Numbered from the stretch's first letter, positions 18,212-27,531 are shown. The stretch: DNA of 48,001 bases from an uncultured Pseudomonadota bacterium (GCA_903858105.1 CAIOHN010000192.1:1-48001), one strand, 5' to 3'. Made by a program: numbers and translations. The notes: generated by a model not told the origin, from the letters alone.

Positions 18212-19184
18212 ATGACCCGGAAGAGTAATCCACACCTTTTACCATTGGGATATTTAGGCATTTTGCTGTGCACATGTGCTGCGGCTGAAACGCTGACGCC
18301 GCTGCCACTGACCACGACCGCCGACCCTGAAAAAATGGCATTGGGGCAGCGCTTGTTTCACGACCCCCAATTATCCGATCAGGGCAAACGCTCTTGTGCC
18401 AGTTGTCATCCGCTGGATAGCGGCGGCATGGATGGCAAAATCCGCGCTGAGTCGGCGGATGGCGTTTCTGTGCTGCGTAATACGCCCAGTTTGTTTAACG
18501 TGGGTTTTAACTACTTTTTTAACTGGGATGGCGTGGTGACTTCCCTGGAAGCACACACTGAAAAAGTCATGTTGAATCCCAAAATCATGAATGCCAAATG
18601 GCCGGTGGTCATCGAACGCTTAAGCGCCGAGCGTGATTATGTCGATGCTTTTTAGTCATGCCTACCCAGATGGCCTGACTAAAACCAATGTCATCGATGC
18701 CTTGAGTCATTTTGAACGTAGTCTGCTGACACCCAATGCGCGTTTCGACCGCTTTCTAAACGGCGATGCGACTGCGCTCGACGCCGACGAACAGCAAGGT
18801 TATCGATTATTTACCTCGCTGGGCTGTGTCGCCTGTCACCAGGGCATCAATCTGGGCGGTAATCTGTTTCAGAAGTTTGGCATATTCGGCGTCCCGCAAA
18901 CTACTCCCAATCAAGCTGACGGCGGACGTTACAGCGTGACCGGTAACGAGCGGGATCGAGGCGTGTTCCGGGTGCCTAGTTTGCGCAACGTTGCGGTCAC
19001 GGCACCTTACTTTCACGATGGTCGTGCCGCCAACCTGGAAACCGCGGTAAATACTATGGCCGAGTATCAATTAGGCAAGCCACTTGCAAAGCAACAGCGT
19101 ACTTTGCTGCTTAAGTTTCTGCAGACATTAACCGGCGAGTATCTCGGCAAAAGCCTGGCAGTCGATAACAAACCCAAACCATGA
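18212..19184 (+). pseudogene. Di-heme cytochrome c peroxidase (CcpA/MauG family), split by a +1 frameshift
   Basis: ORF1 (18212-18655) has LGQRLFHDPQLS, CASCH, NTPSLFN and NWDG. ORF2 has CVACH and FRVPSLRNVAVTAPYFHDG. Deleting one T from the T5 run at 18649-18653 fuses them into 323 aa. Confidence 0.85.
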
Positions 19185-21199
19185 CCACAATTTCCTGGCA
19201 GCCCAAACTGATCGTCGCCAGCCTATTGCTGGCATTGACGTATTTATGGCTGCAAAGCGCCAACCCGGAATTGGAACGCCGCAATCGCCTGCAAACCACG
19301 CTGCGGATCATAGAACTGCATGACGCGGAATTGATGCGGGACATATTGATGGCGCGGGCCGGTCTGTTAAGCAATTACGATGCCTTAACCAAAGCCGGCC
19401 AGGAATTGCTGCGCTTATCGCAAAGCCTGCGCACCGACTTGGAGCCGGTCGGCGGCGAGGCTGAGAAGCGGCTGGGGGCTTTGGCCGATAAGCTGTCTGC
19501 GACCATTCAGGAACGATTGGCAATGATCGAGTATTTTAAATCGGACAATGCGTTGCTCCGCAACTCGCTGATGTCCTTCAACGAGATGGGCAAAAGCTTG
19601 GGCACTAAGGCCAAACCTAACTACACCCCACCGCTAGAGAATCTGTGGCGCATGATGCTGGCTTTTCTGGAAACTCCCGAACCCACATTGGCCAGAGATA
19701 TTCAGCTGGAACTGGATCGGCTATCCGGGCTTGGCCCACGCTCTGACGACGACAAAATTTTGATCGCACACGGTCGCTTGATTATAGAAGTACTACCCAA
19801 GGTGGATACTTTGCTGCGGGAGATTCTCGACCAGTCTATCATCGTCCGGGTCGATGACTTGCAACAGGCTTTGCGCCATTACAGTGATGCAGTGGAACAG
19901 CAGGCACAAGCCTATCGCTTATCGCTGTATCTGGTGGCAGTTGTGCTATTGGCATATTTACTGTATCAATTTGCCATGCTCAGAGCGAGTACCTTGAGTT
20001 TGCGCCGAGCGCATGCAAATTTGCAACAGGCCGAAGCCTGGTTGCGCGAAAGCGAAGCCCAACTACGCGCTATCACCGATTCTGCGCATGAAGCGATTGT
20101 CTCCGCTGATGTCGCCGGAAACATTGTTTCCTGGAATCACGGGGCTAAGCTAATGTTCGGTTATTCATCGGAGCAGGCACTAGGCCAGCCATTCCAGCAA
20201 TTACTGGTCAATCCGCAACCAACCGCAGATCCGACAATCGCGATGCAGGAATCGACAGGTCTACGGCAGAATCGAGCTAGGTTTCCGGTCGAATTATCGC
20301 TATCGAGTTGGAGTCGAGGCGCAGAGCGTTACATAACCGCCATTATCCGCGACATCAGCTCCCGTAAACACCTGGAAGAAGTAGCCAGACAACAAGAGCT
20401 GCAATTGATTCAGGCGAATAAAATGAAGGCATTGGGTACTTTGGTAGCAGGCGTCGCCCACGAAATCAACAACCCCAACCAATTGATTTCACTTAACTCA
20501 GGGCTGTTAGCGGCTATTTGGAGCGACGCGCTCGATATACTGGAGGATCATTATCAAACAACAGGCGAATTTTCCTTGGGAGGCTTGCCATACACAGAGA
20601 TGCGCGGCACAGCCGGGGTATTGATCCATGATATTAAAGACGGTGCAAAGCGGATAGAACGCATCGTCGCTGAGCTGAAAAACTATGCCCGCCCGCAACA
20701 TAGTGGCGTGTCAGTGGCGATCTCAGTAAATGCAGTCGTGGAGCGCGCGGTGCGCTTGTTAAGCCATTTGATCAGCCAAAAAACCCGACGCTTCAAAACC
20801 GATTTTAGCGCAGCTTTACCACTGATAAATGCCGACCCACAGCAACTCGAACAAGTGGTGGTGAATCTGCTGATTAACGCTTTGGAAGCGCTTTCCGATC
20901 CAGAAAACGCTGTCAGTGTCGCCACCCGTTTACTCGACAATGGCGATTCGGTCTGCGTCGAAGTCCGCGATGAAGGTATCGGCATTGTCGCGGAACATAT
21001 CGAACAATTATGCGATCCCTTCTTTACCACCAAACAGGCCAACGGCGGCACCGGGCTGGGTCTGGCGATTGTGGCATCGTTGGTGCGCGCCCACGGCGGC
21101 CGCTTAAAATTTATCTCGTCAGTCGGGCAAGACACCTGCGCCCAGGCGATTTTCCCCGCAACTGCGATACAAGCCGATGAAACCGACTACGCCCAGTAA
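19181..21199 (+). CDS. Membrane sensor histidine kinase (all-helical DAHL-like periplasmic domain, PAS, HisKA, HATPase)
   Basis: Two TM segments flank a helical domain (RAGLLSNYD, FKSDNALLRNSL). PAS region SWNHGAKLMFGY, H-box GVAHEINNP, NLLINA, DEGIG, PFFTTK and GTGLGL. ATGA overlap with the peroxidase stop. Confidence 0.92.
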   Translation: MTTISWQPKLIVASLLLALTYLWLQSANPELERRNRLQTTLRIIELHDAELMRDILMARAGLLSNYDALTKAGQELLRLSQSLRTDLEPVGGEAEKRLGALADKLSATIQERLAMIEYFKSDNALLRNSLMSFNEMGKSLGTKAKPNYTPPLENLWRMMLAFLETPEPTLARDIQLELDRLSGLGPRSDDDKILIAHGRLIIEVLPKVDTLLREILDQSIIVRVDDLQQALRHYSDAVEQQAQAYRLSLYLVAVVLLAYLLYQFAMLRASTLSLRRAHANLQQAEAWLRESEAQLRAITDSAHEAIVSADVAGNIVSWNHGAKLMFGYSSEQALGQPFQQLLVNPQPTADPTIAMQESTGLRQNRARFPVELSLSSWSRGAERYITAIIRDISSRKHLEEVARQQELQLIQANKMKALGTLVAGVAHEINNPNQLISLNSGLLAAIWSDALDILEDHYQTTGEFSLGGLPYTEMRGTAGVLIHDIKDGAKRIERIVAELKNYARPQHSGVSVAISVNAVVERAVRLLSHLISQKTRRFKTDFSAALPLINADPQQLEQVVVNLLINALEALSDPENAVSVATRLLDNGDSVCVEVRDEGIGIVAEHIEQLCDPFFTTKQANGGTGLGLAIVASLVRAHGGRLKFISSVGQDTCAQAIFPATAIQADETDYAQ

Positions 21200-22613
21200 G
21201 GATGTCTCCCACCTGCCGATTCTGCTGGTAGACGATGAAGCGCAATTGTTGCACAGCGCCAGTTTGGTGTTGCGTAGCGCCGGCTTTGCCGAGGTACTGA
21301 CTCTGGACGACAGCCGAGCGGTTTTACCGTTGCTGGCAAGCCGGGCTATCGGCGTGATCGTGCTGGATTTAACCATGCCAAATCTATCAGGCCGGGAATT
21401 ATTGGAACAAATTGCCGCCGAGTATCCGGAAATTCCGGTGATCATGATGACGGCCACCAACGATCTGCAGACTGCGGTGCAGTGCATGCGCCTCGGCGCT
21501 AGCGACTACCTGCTTAAACCGGTAGAGCAAAGCGGCATGCTTGCCTCAGTGCGCAGGGCAATCGAAACCCGAGTCCTGCGTACAGATTTTTTATCGCTGA
21601 AAGAACGGCTGCTGACTAACAGCCCGCATGAAGCCAGCAGTTTTGCCGACATCGTCACCCAAAGCCCTGCCATGTTCGCGATTTTTCGTTACATCGAAGC
21701 AATCGCCACATCGCCACAACCAGCGCTAATCACAGGCGAAACTGGCTCCGGCAAAGAGCTTATCGCCCGCGCTTTGCATCGCAAGTCGGGCCGCCCCGGC
21801 GATTTGGTGGCTGTTAATGTCGCCGGTCTGGACGATACCTTGTTTGCCGATACCTTGTTCGGCCACGCCAAAGGCTCGTTCACCGGTGCCGAGCGGGCCC
21901 GCGACGGCTTGATCGCCAGTACCGGCGACGGCACACTATTTTTGGATGAAATTGGCGACCTCAGCATCGCCTCGCAAGTCAAGTTGCTGCGGTTATTGCA
22001 AGACGGCTCATTCTACCCGATAGGCGCTGACCGGCCGCGGCAAAGTCGGGCGCGAATAGTCGTAGCGACCCATTGCGATGTTAGACGTCAGGTCGAGCTT
22101 GGCACATTTCGGAAAGACTTATATTTCCGCCTGCGTACCCATCACATTCAATTGCCACCACTGCGCGACCGCCGCGAAGATCTGCCGCAACTGGCTATGC
22201 ATTTTGTCGTAAAAGCAGCCGAAAGCTTGGCAAAACCGATACCCAGCGTACCACCCAGCCTGTTTCAATGGCTGCACAACTATGCATTCCCCGGCAATAT
22301 TCGCGAGTTGGAAGGCATGATATTCGATGCGGTCGCTCGCAGTCAGGGAACGATGCTGTCGTTACAAAGCTTCAAAGAAGCCATTGCCAATGACTCGCCA
22401 ATGCATGACGACGGCGACGCAGCACCTGACATTGACGCTTCACCCGGCAGCTTTCCGGATCGCTTACCGACATTAAAGGAAGCAGAAGACTCGCTGATTA
22501 GCGAAGCCTTGCGCCGCGCCCACGGAAATCAGGGCGTAGCCGCTGGCTTATTGGGTATTAGCCGACAAGCCCTAAATAAGCGCTTGATTAGGCGTGAGGT
22601 AGAGAATATTTGA
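21177..22613 (+). CDS. sigma54-dependent NtrC-family response regulator (REC-AAA+-Fis HTH)
   Basis: LVDDE, LDLTMP, GETGSGKE, GSFTGA, TLFLDEIG, FPGNIREL and GNQGVAAGLLGISR motifs. Confidence 0.95.
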   Translation: MKPTTPSKDVSHLPILLVDDEAQLLHSASLVLRSAGFAEVLTLDDSRAVLPLLASRAIGVIVLDLTMPNLSGRELLEQIAAEYPEIPVIMMTATNDLQTAVQCMRLGASDYLLKPVEQSGMLASVRRAIETRVLRTDFLSLKERLLTNSPHEASSFADIVTQSPAMFAIFRYIEAIATSPQPALITGETGSGKELIARALHRKSGRPGDLVAVNVAGLDDTLFADTLFGHAKGSFTGAERARDGLIASTGDGTLFLDEIGDLSIASQVKLLRLLQDGSFYPIGADRPRQSRARIVVATHCDVRRQVELGTFRKDLYFRLRTHHIQLPPLRDRREDLPQLAMHFVVKAAESLAKPIPSVPPSLFQWLHNYAFPGNIRELEGMIFDAVARSQGTMLSLQSFKEAIANDSPMHDDGDAAPDIDASPGSFPDRLPTLKEAEDSLISEALRRAHGNQGVAAGLLGISRQALNKRLIRREVENI

Positions 22614-22834
22614 TTGCACAGACTCCAAGAAGCGGCTGTGATTGCGTAATCCTGCTTTTACATCCATTCGACAGAACGCCCGCAAGGACGTAAAGAATTT
22701 GCATTGAAATTTAGGCTGTGATAGAAAACTTGCGTGGCGAATGTAAGCGTCTAGGTTTAAACATTCAAAACCACATCCAAAAGGTTCAAACCTTATCACC
22801 AAGAAAAACAACTATAAATCTGAGGAGTACGCGA

Positions 22835-23092
22835 ATGAAAAAAACTTTAATAACAATCACTGCGCTCGCTTTATTGACCTTAATACCATCCCTGTCAAAC
22901 GCTGGCGACGCAGATACCTGCAAAGGTTGTCACAATGGTTCGGTTGGGCCAGCTGTTGACGCCTTAAAAACCAAGTTCAAAACGGCTGATGCGTTAGTAG
23001 CCGGTGCTAAAAGCTCACAAAACCCCATGATGAAGGCTGTCCAGGGCGATGAAGCTAAATTAAAAGCCGCTGCCGCTGAAATTGTGAAATAA
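22835..23092 (+). CDS. Small periplasmic monoheme c-type cytochrome
   Basis: GAGGAG RBS, signal peptide, CKGCH heme motif and a candidate distal Met (NPMM). 85 aa. Confidence 0.85.
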   Translation: MKKTLITITALALLTLIPSLSNAGDADTCKGCHNGSVGPAVDALKTKFKTADALVAGAKSSQNPMMKAVQGDEAKLKAAAAEIVK

Positions 23093-23110
23093 GACTAAGC
23101 TCATGTTCGG

Positions 23111-23145
23111 GTCGGGGTAATAGGATTGCGCTTGTTACCTCGACC
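23111..23145. terminator. Stem-loop between the convergent cytochrome c gene and the end of the nif operon
   Basis: GTCGGGGTAA...TTACCTCGAC inverted repeat with one G-U pair. Confidence 0.45.
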
Positions 23146-23205
23146 AGACACCTTTAGCGAATAGCCTGGATTCCGTTGCCCTTCATCCAGGCCTCATTAG
23201 ACGAT

Positions 23206-24477
23206 CTACAGCCTATCCGCCAACAACCTGATCGGATGCACCAACTTACGCGCGGTCTCTGCCCGTTCTGCATTCAAATAAAACGCGCAGCTGAAATTGC
23301 TGCTGACTACCACGTCCGCACCAGAACCTTCGATGGCTTGGCGCTTGGCATGCCGCAGTTGTTGGGCGTTATCGGGATGCGTCAGCATGTAGCTGCCACC
23401 CGCACCGCAACATAACTGATTGTCTGGCAAGGCTTCGATATTCAAACCGGGGATTTTCCGCAGCAAGGCATGCACGGACTGGCCGTTTTTCAAGACGTTA
23501 CGCTGGCTGCATGGCTCGTGAACCGCGACGTTTAAGTTGGATGCCGCCAGTTGCAGGTCATCCGGCCAATGCGCCAATAAAAATTGGTTGATGTCCTGCA
23601 AACTGCGGCCAAACCAACCGGCGGTTTCCGTATCATCGCCTTGATATTCGCTCAACATCGCACCGCAGCCGCTGGCGACGTAAATTATCGCCTCCACTTC
23701 CAGCTCATAAAATGCCGCGATATTTTTGTCTTTTAAGGTTTGCGCGGAACAGCCGTGATGTTGATGAATTGCGCCGCAGCAACCCTGGTTTTCTGGCACC
23801 ACCACTTCGTAGCCTATGGCATTAAGCAGTTTAATCGCCGCGCGCTGGGTGGCGCGATCGAAATGTTCGGCCAGACAGCCGGTGAACAAGGCCACTCGAC
23901 CACGGCGACGCGCGCGTCTACCGACCGGATAAATTCCGGCCAATCCGCCCAAGGCGGGCTCGCTCAGCAGATTTTCGGCGCTGGCCAGTTTTAATTTCTT
24001 GAGTAAGCCACTGGCCCGCAGTGGCTTGCGCAAACCGGAACGCAGATACAAAGATAACAAGGGCAAGAGCAAGCGTCGCCGGCGCTTGTGTTCGATCAAA
24101 AACAGCGCCAACTTTGCCAGCCAGGAACGCGAAACGCTTTGGCTTAATTTTTCCCTGGCCTGATCGAATAGCGTCCCGTAGTTCATCCGGCTGGGACAGG
24201 CTGTTTCACAGGCGCGGCATTGCAGACAGTTATCTAAATGTTCGTGCTCTTCCTCGCTGATCGCTACATCCTCTACCAGCACTTTGCTGATCGTGCGTAT
24301 GCGTTGCCGGGGCGTTTCGGCCTCGGTTTGGAATAAGCGAAACGTCGGGCAACTGCTGACACACATGCCGCAGCGCATACATTCGCCAGCATCCGGGATA
24401 TACGGGCCGCCACCAGTCGGCAGTTCCATGCCGTTATCGCCCGTCATACCCTGGCTAAAATCCATGATGTCGAACAT
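23206..24477 (-). CDS. Fe-S oxidoreductase, GlcF-like (2x 4Fe-4S plus two CCG domains)
   Basis: CMRCGMCVSSCP, CLQCRACETACP, FTGC, GCCGA, HEPC and LCCGAGG motifs. Start ATG 24477 with GGAGG RBS. Confidence 0.85.
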   Translation of the reverse strand: MFDIMDFSQGMTGDNGMELPTGGGPYIPDAGECMRCGMCVSSCPTFRLFQTEAETPRQRIRTISKVLVEDVAISEEEHEHLDNCLQCRACETACPSRMNYGTLFDQAREKLSQSVSRSWLAKLALFLIEHKRRRRLLLPLLSLYLRSGLRKPLRASGLLKKLKLASAENLLSEPALGGLAGIYPVGRRARRRGRVALFTGCLAEHFDRATQRAAIKLLNAIGYEVVVPENQGCCGAIHQHHGCSAQTLKDKNIAAFYELEVEAIIYVASGCGAMLSEYQGDDTETAGWFGRSLQDINQFLLAHWPDDLQLAASNLNVAVHEPCSQRNVLKNGQSVHALLRKIPGLNIEALPDNQLCCGAGGSYMLTHPDNAQQLRHAKRQAIEGSGADVVVSSNFSCAFYLNAERAETARKLVHPIRLLADRL

Positions 24478-24478
24478 G

Positions 24479-24928
24479 TCAGCCTCCCATGAGATGCGTG
24501 TAAGCACGGCGCAGCAATTCCATCTCGGCGGGCGGGCGACCGCGTAGTTCCGGTAGGGTGCGCATTTGGCAATTAAACGTTTGCATCAGCTGATGCGGTG
24601 GATCCAGCATTTTGAAGCGGGCCATATAGACGGTCATAATACCTCTTGGGGTATCGATCAATGCCTGATAACCGGCTTCGGCCTGCAATAAATCACTATC
24701 CAATCGCAATATCCTGTTAAGGCTGGTGACCAGCATTGCCGGATGCAAGCTGACGTTTCCGGGCGCGACAGCATCTTCGTCAAGCGCACTGGATAAGGCC
24801 GGCAGCGCCTGTGGAAAGCAGACGCTGCCGTTGGCTTGTTGGGTAAATAAGGTCAAGGCGCTGATATCGCCTTTGTAAAACAACAGCAGTCTGTGATTTT
24901 CAAATTCTGCCGGAATGCTGGGGTTCAT
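24479..24928 (-). CDS. Hypothetical protein (nif operon accessory)
   Basis: 149 aa ORF tightly packed in the operon; no recognised motif. Confidence 0.7.
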   Translation of the reverse strand: MNPSIPAEFENHRLLLFYKGDISALTLFTQQANGSVCFPQALPALSSALDEDAVAPGNVSLHPAMLVTSLNRILRLDSDLLQAEAGYQALIDTPRGIMTVYMARFKMLDPPHQLMQTFNCQMRTLPELRGRPPAEMELLRRAYTHLMGG

Positions 24929-24931
24929 CGC

Positions 24932-25894
24932 TTAGCCAGGGGCATAATTGTCCCATAAGGATTTAAAGCTGCTATCCAGCCGGGCCAAGCGACTATTGAT
25001 CTGATCCAACAGCGGATAATGCGGAAAGCGCGCCTTGTTACCGTCGCGATACCAATTGTCCATGGCTTCAGTCAATTGCGCTTTCTCGACAAAACAGTCG
25101 GCGATTTGCTGTTTGAGCCAACTGATACTGCGTTGCGGGGCCAAATCAGCCACCCGATAGCGTAATCCGTTATTAAAGATCCGCACCCCGCCACCCTGCG
25201 CAGCAGTGTGATACAAGGCGGTCGGATCGACGATTTCCACGCCGGCCAGATAATCGATACCAAATTCGTGCAACTGCGGCAACCACGGTACGGTCGGGCC
25301 CATCAACACTGTTTTGGCGTGGCTGGCCAGTTCCACCAGGCGTGGAAACGTTTTATTGGGGATGCTGCTGGCGGTCAAAAATACCCAGTCGGCTTGCGGC
25401 AATAAAAACTCGCACGCCGAATCAGGCAAATCCGCAGCCGACGGTTGCCGCTCCAAAATGGTTAAATGCATCTTGTCCTGATAGCGCTCGATACCCGGAT
25501 AGCGACCGATGACCACCACGTTTTTGCCCTGTAACTGCGGCAGGAAATGATCGAACACAGCCAGATTGGCGTGTTCGTCATGGCTATCTAAAACTATCGA
25601 TTCCGGCAGTGGCCGGGCATTGATGCAGCTATTGATTGCTGCCATCGCTACCGTCGATTTGTAGGGTTCCCATTCGGTAATCCAGGCCGCCAGATCGGTA
25701 ACCGGCTTGCCGCCTAAAGTCCCCGACCAGGGTAAGGTGCGAGTGCTTTGCCCCGGACTCATCGCCAAGCCAGCGGTCGCCCGACCCTTGCATTGGCACA
25801 GTGTCCAGACCAGGCCGATCATCAGGTTGTCAACCACCGCGTCGCTGCTGCAATAATCCAGCAATAATTCGTACAGTCGTTTTGGGTTAGCCAT
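24932..25894 (-). CDS. DUF364 / Rossmann-like putative heavy-metal chelation protein
   Basis: IGLVWT, GLAMSP, MAAINS, VVVIGRYP, LTASSIPNKTFPRL and MGPTVP motifs. Confidence 0.75.
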   Translation of the reverse strand: MANPKRLYELLLDYCSSDAVVDNLMIGLVWTLCQCKGRATAGLAMSPGQSTRTLPWSGTLGGKPVTDLAAWITEWEPYKSTVAMAAINSCINARPLPESIVLDSHDEHANLAVFDHFLPQLQGKNVVVIGRYPGIERYQDKMHLTILERQPSAADLPDSACEFLLPQADWVFLTASSIPNKTFPRLVELASHAKTVLMGPTVPWLPQLHEFGIDYLAGVEIVDPTALYHTAAQGGGVRIFNNGLRYRVADLAPQRSISWLKQQIADCFVEKAQLTEAMDNWYRDGNKARFPHYPLLDQINSRLARLDSSFKSLWDNYAPG

Positions 25895-25903
25895 TGCCCC
25901 TCC

Positions 25904-26284
25904 TCATTCTGGGATGTCCAGCAATTTTGCTTCGGTTTTAATGTTGTCCTGCTGCCCCCAGGCGTTGATCGCTTCAACAAACCAGCGCTTTTTAGTTGGG
26001 TGTGGCTGCACGACGTCGTATTCGGCATAAAAACTGCCGTCACCATGAAATTTAATCTGCCCGACCCGTTGTTGACTGGCGCTATACCAATAGCCAACCA
26101 AGTCCTGACTTTGGGTAAACGGATCGATGACTACGCTAAATTGGGCGTTATCGAAATCCGGCAGACTTAACTTGGTTTGCACCGGAAATCCCAATTTAAC
26201 GATGTTCTCGGTCATCCTTTGACAAACCGCTTTGCCAAAGCTGCGCTTGGCTGCGACTTGTTCAGTAAGCTCGTCGGTAGTCAT
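25904..26284 (-). CDS. Hypothetical protein (nif operon accessory)
   Basis: 126 aa with DPF and DGSFYAEYDVVQPHP..WFVEA..AWG. ATGA overlap with the upstream gene. Confidence 0.75.
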   Translation of the reverse strand: MTTDELTEQVAAKRSFGKAVCQRMTENIVKLGFPVQTKLSLPDFDNAQFSVVIDPFTQSQDLVGYWYSASQQRVGQIKFHGDGSFYAEYDVVQPHPTKKRWFVEAINAWGQQDNIKTEAKLLDIPE

Positions 26285-26787
26285 GCTGCGTCCTCCTGCA
26301 AGGCGTCCGCCAGATCCATAATCACCGAGGCACCGGAACGATCTTGCGGATCCAGGGTACGCATAATCCCCAAAATCAACTGGGCTTCGGCATCCAAATG
26401 CCGGCGCAGTTTGATAAACGCCAGCGCTTTCAAGCTATACAAATAAAACAGGCTAATCTCGCTGACATACATATCCCAGCTAACAAACTCGCGGCCCAAG
26501 CGGCGATAATCGGCAGGAAACCCACCCTGCCGGGCGGCTTCTTCCAAGGCAGCCATGACTTCGCGCTCCGCCTCCAGCAGACGGCCTTGGTAAAAATAAA
26601 ACTTGTACAAGGCAAAATAGGTTTGCAGACAACTGCCATCCAATTGTTGCGCCTGTTTGAAATATTTTTCCGCCAGCGGTTTATCGGCATGACTGGCTGC
26701 CACCGCCATTTGCAAGAGTTTATTCACCTCTTCCGGCAGGTTGGGGCTGAACAATACCCGCTCTTCAAAAACGGAAACCTGGCTCAT
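26281..26787 (-). CDS. Hypothetical helical (TPR-like) protein (nif operon accessory)
   Basis: 168 aa with YFALYKFYFY, FYLYSLKALAFIKLR and LDPQDRSGASV. Confidence 0.75.
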   Translation of the reverse strand: MSQVSVFEERVLFSPNLPEEVNKLLQMAVAASHADKPLAEKYFKQAQQLDGSCLQTYFALYKFYFYQGRLLEAEREVMAALEEAARQGGFPADYRRLGREFVSWDMYVSEISLFYLYSLKALAFIKLRRHLDAEAQLILGIMRTLDPQDRSGASVIMDLADALQEDAA

Positions 26788-26790
26788 GAC

Positions 26791-27114
26791 TTACCAAACC
26801 TCCGCTGGCGCTTTCAAAGCTTCTACCGGCGTGCCGCCCAGCAAATGCTGTTCGATAATGGTTTTCACATCGTCTTTACTGACCTTGCCGTACATAATCC
26901 CTTCCGGGTAAACCAATACGCTGGGCCCCAACATGCATGGCCCCATGCAACCGGTGTTGGTCAGGCCGATACGTTCAAACAAATTACGAGCCTGAATTTC
27001 GGCCATAAATTCGTTCATGACCTCGGCACAACCGCTGGCAGCGCAAGAGCCGCGAGGGTGGCCTTGAGGGCGGGCTTGAGTACAGACGAAGACGTGTTTT
27101 TCGGGACGTGGCAT
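26791..27114 (-). CDS. Thioredoxin-like [2Fe-2S] ferredoxin (Shethna/FeSI type)
   Basis: HVFVC...RGSC, GCMGPC, GPSVLVYPEG and IIEQHL motifs. AGGA RBS before the start. Confidence 0.88.
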   Translation of the reverse strand: MPRPEKHVFVCTQARPQGHPRGSCAASGCAEVMNEFMAEIQARNLFERIGLTNTGCMGPCMLGPSVLVYPEGIMYGKVSKDDVKTIIEQHLLGGTPVEALKAPAEVW

Positions 27115-27193
27115 GATGGCTTCCTTTGTTAGTTGATCTGACAAGTTGTGTCGCGATAGCGACACCTTAATTCATCCAATCGCATTAAATTCT

Positions 27194-27531
27194 GCGACGG
27201 GTTTTACCCCCTATGCCGCGCCGAGCACCGCAGCTTTTGCTGAGAACAGCCCGCCAGGGGCGTCGCATGGATGCGGCGCGTTGATGAAGGGCCAGGGATG
27301 GCCCTTTCGGCAACCCTCGGCAAAAGCTGCGGAGCGCAGGATCAAAGCGGCATCGGGGTGTCTTTTCTTTTGGATACTTTTCTTTGGCGGAGCACAAATT
27401 CGCCTGGAGCGAATTTGAACAGCCGACAGGCTGGCCCGAAGGGTGAAAACCACGGATGGTTTTCATAGCGAAAGTATCTCGGCTGTCGGTCCGAAAACCG
27501 ACTTCAAAAAAAACCGTCGCCATAGCGACAC
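27194..27531 (+). repeat. Structured dispersed repeat, copy 1 (MITE-like or ncRNA-like), with a ~75 nt nested insertion
   Basis: Homologous to 28672-28935. Multiple hairpins show compensatory changes between the copies. Confidence 0.8.

Noticed and set aside
27146-27523. Several 65-112 aa ORFs on both strands over repeat copy 1
   Set aside because: They lie within the structured repeat, have no protein-like motifs, and the variation between copies preserves base pairing rather than codons.
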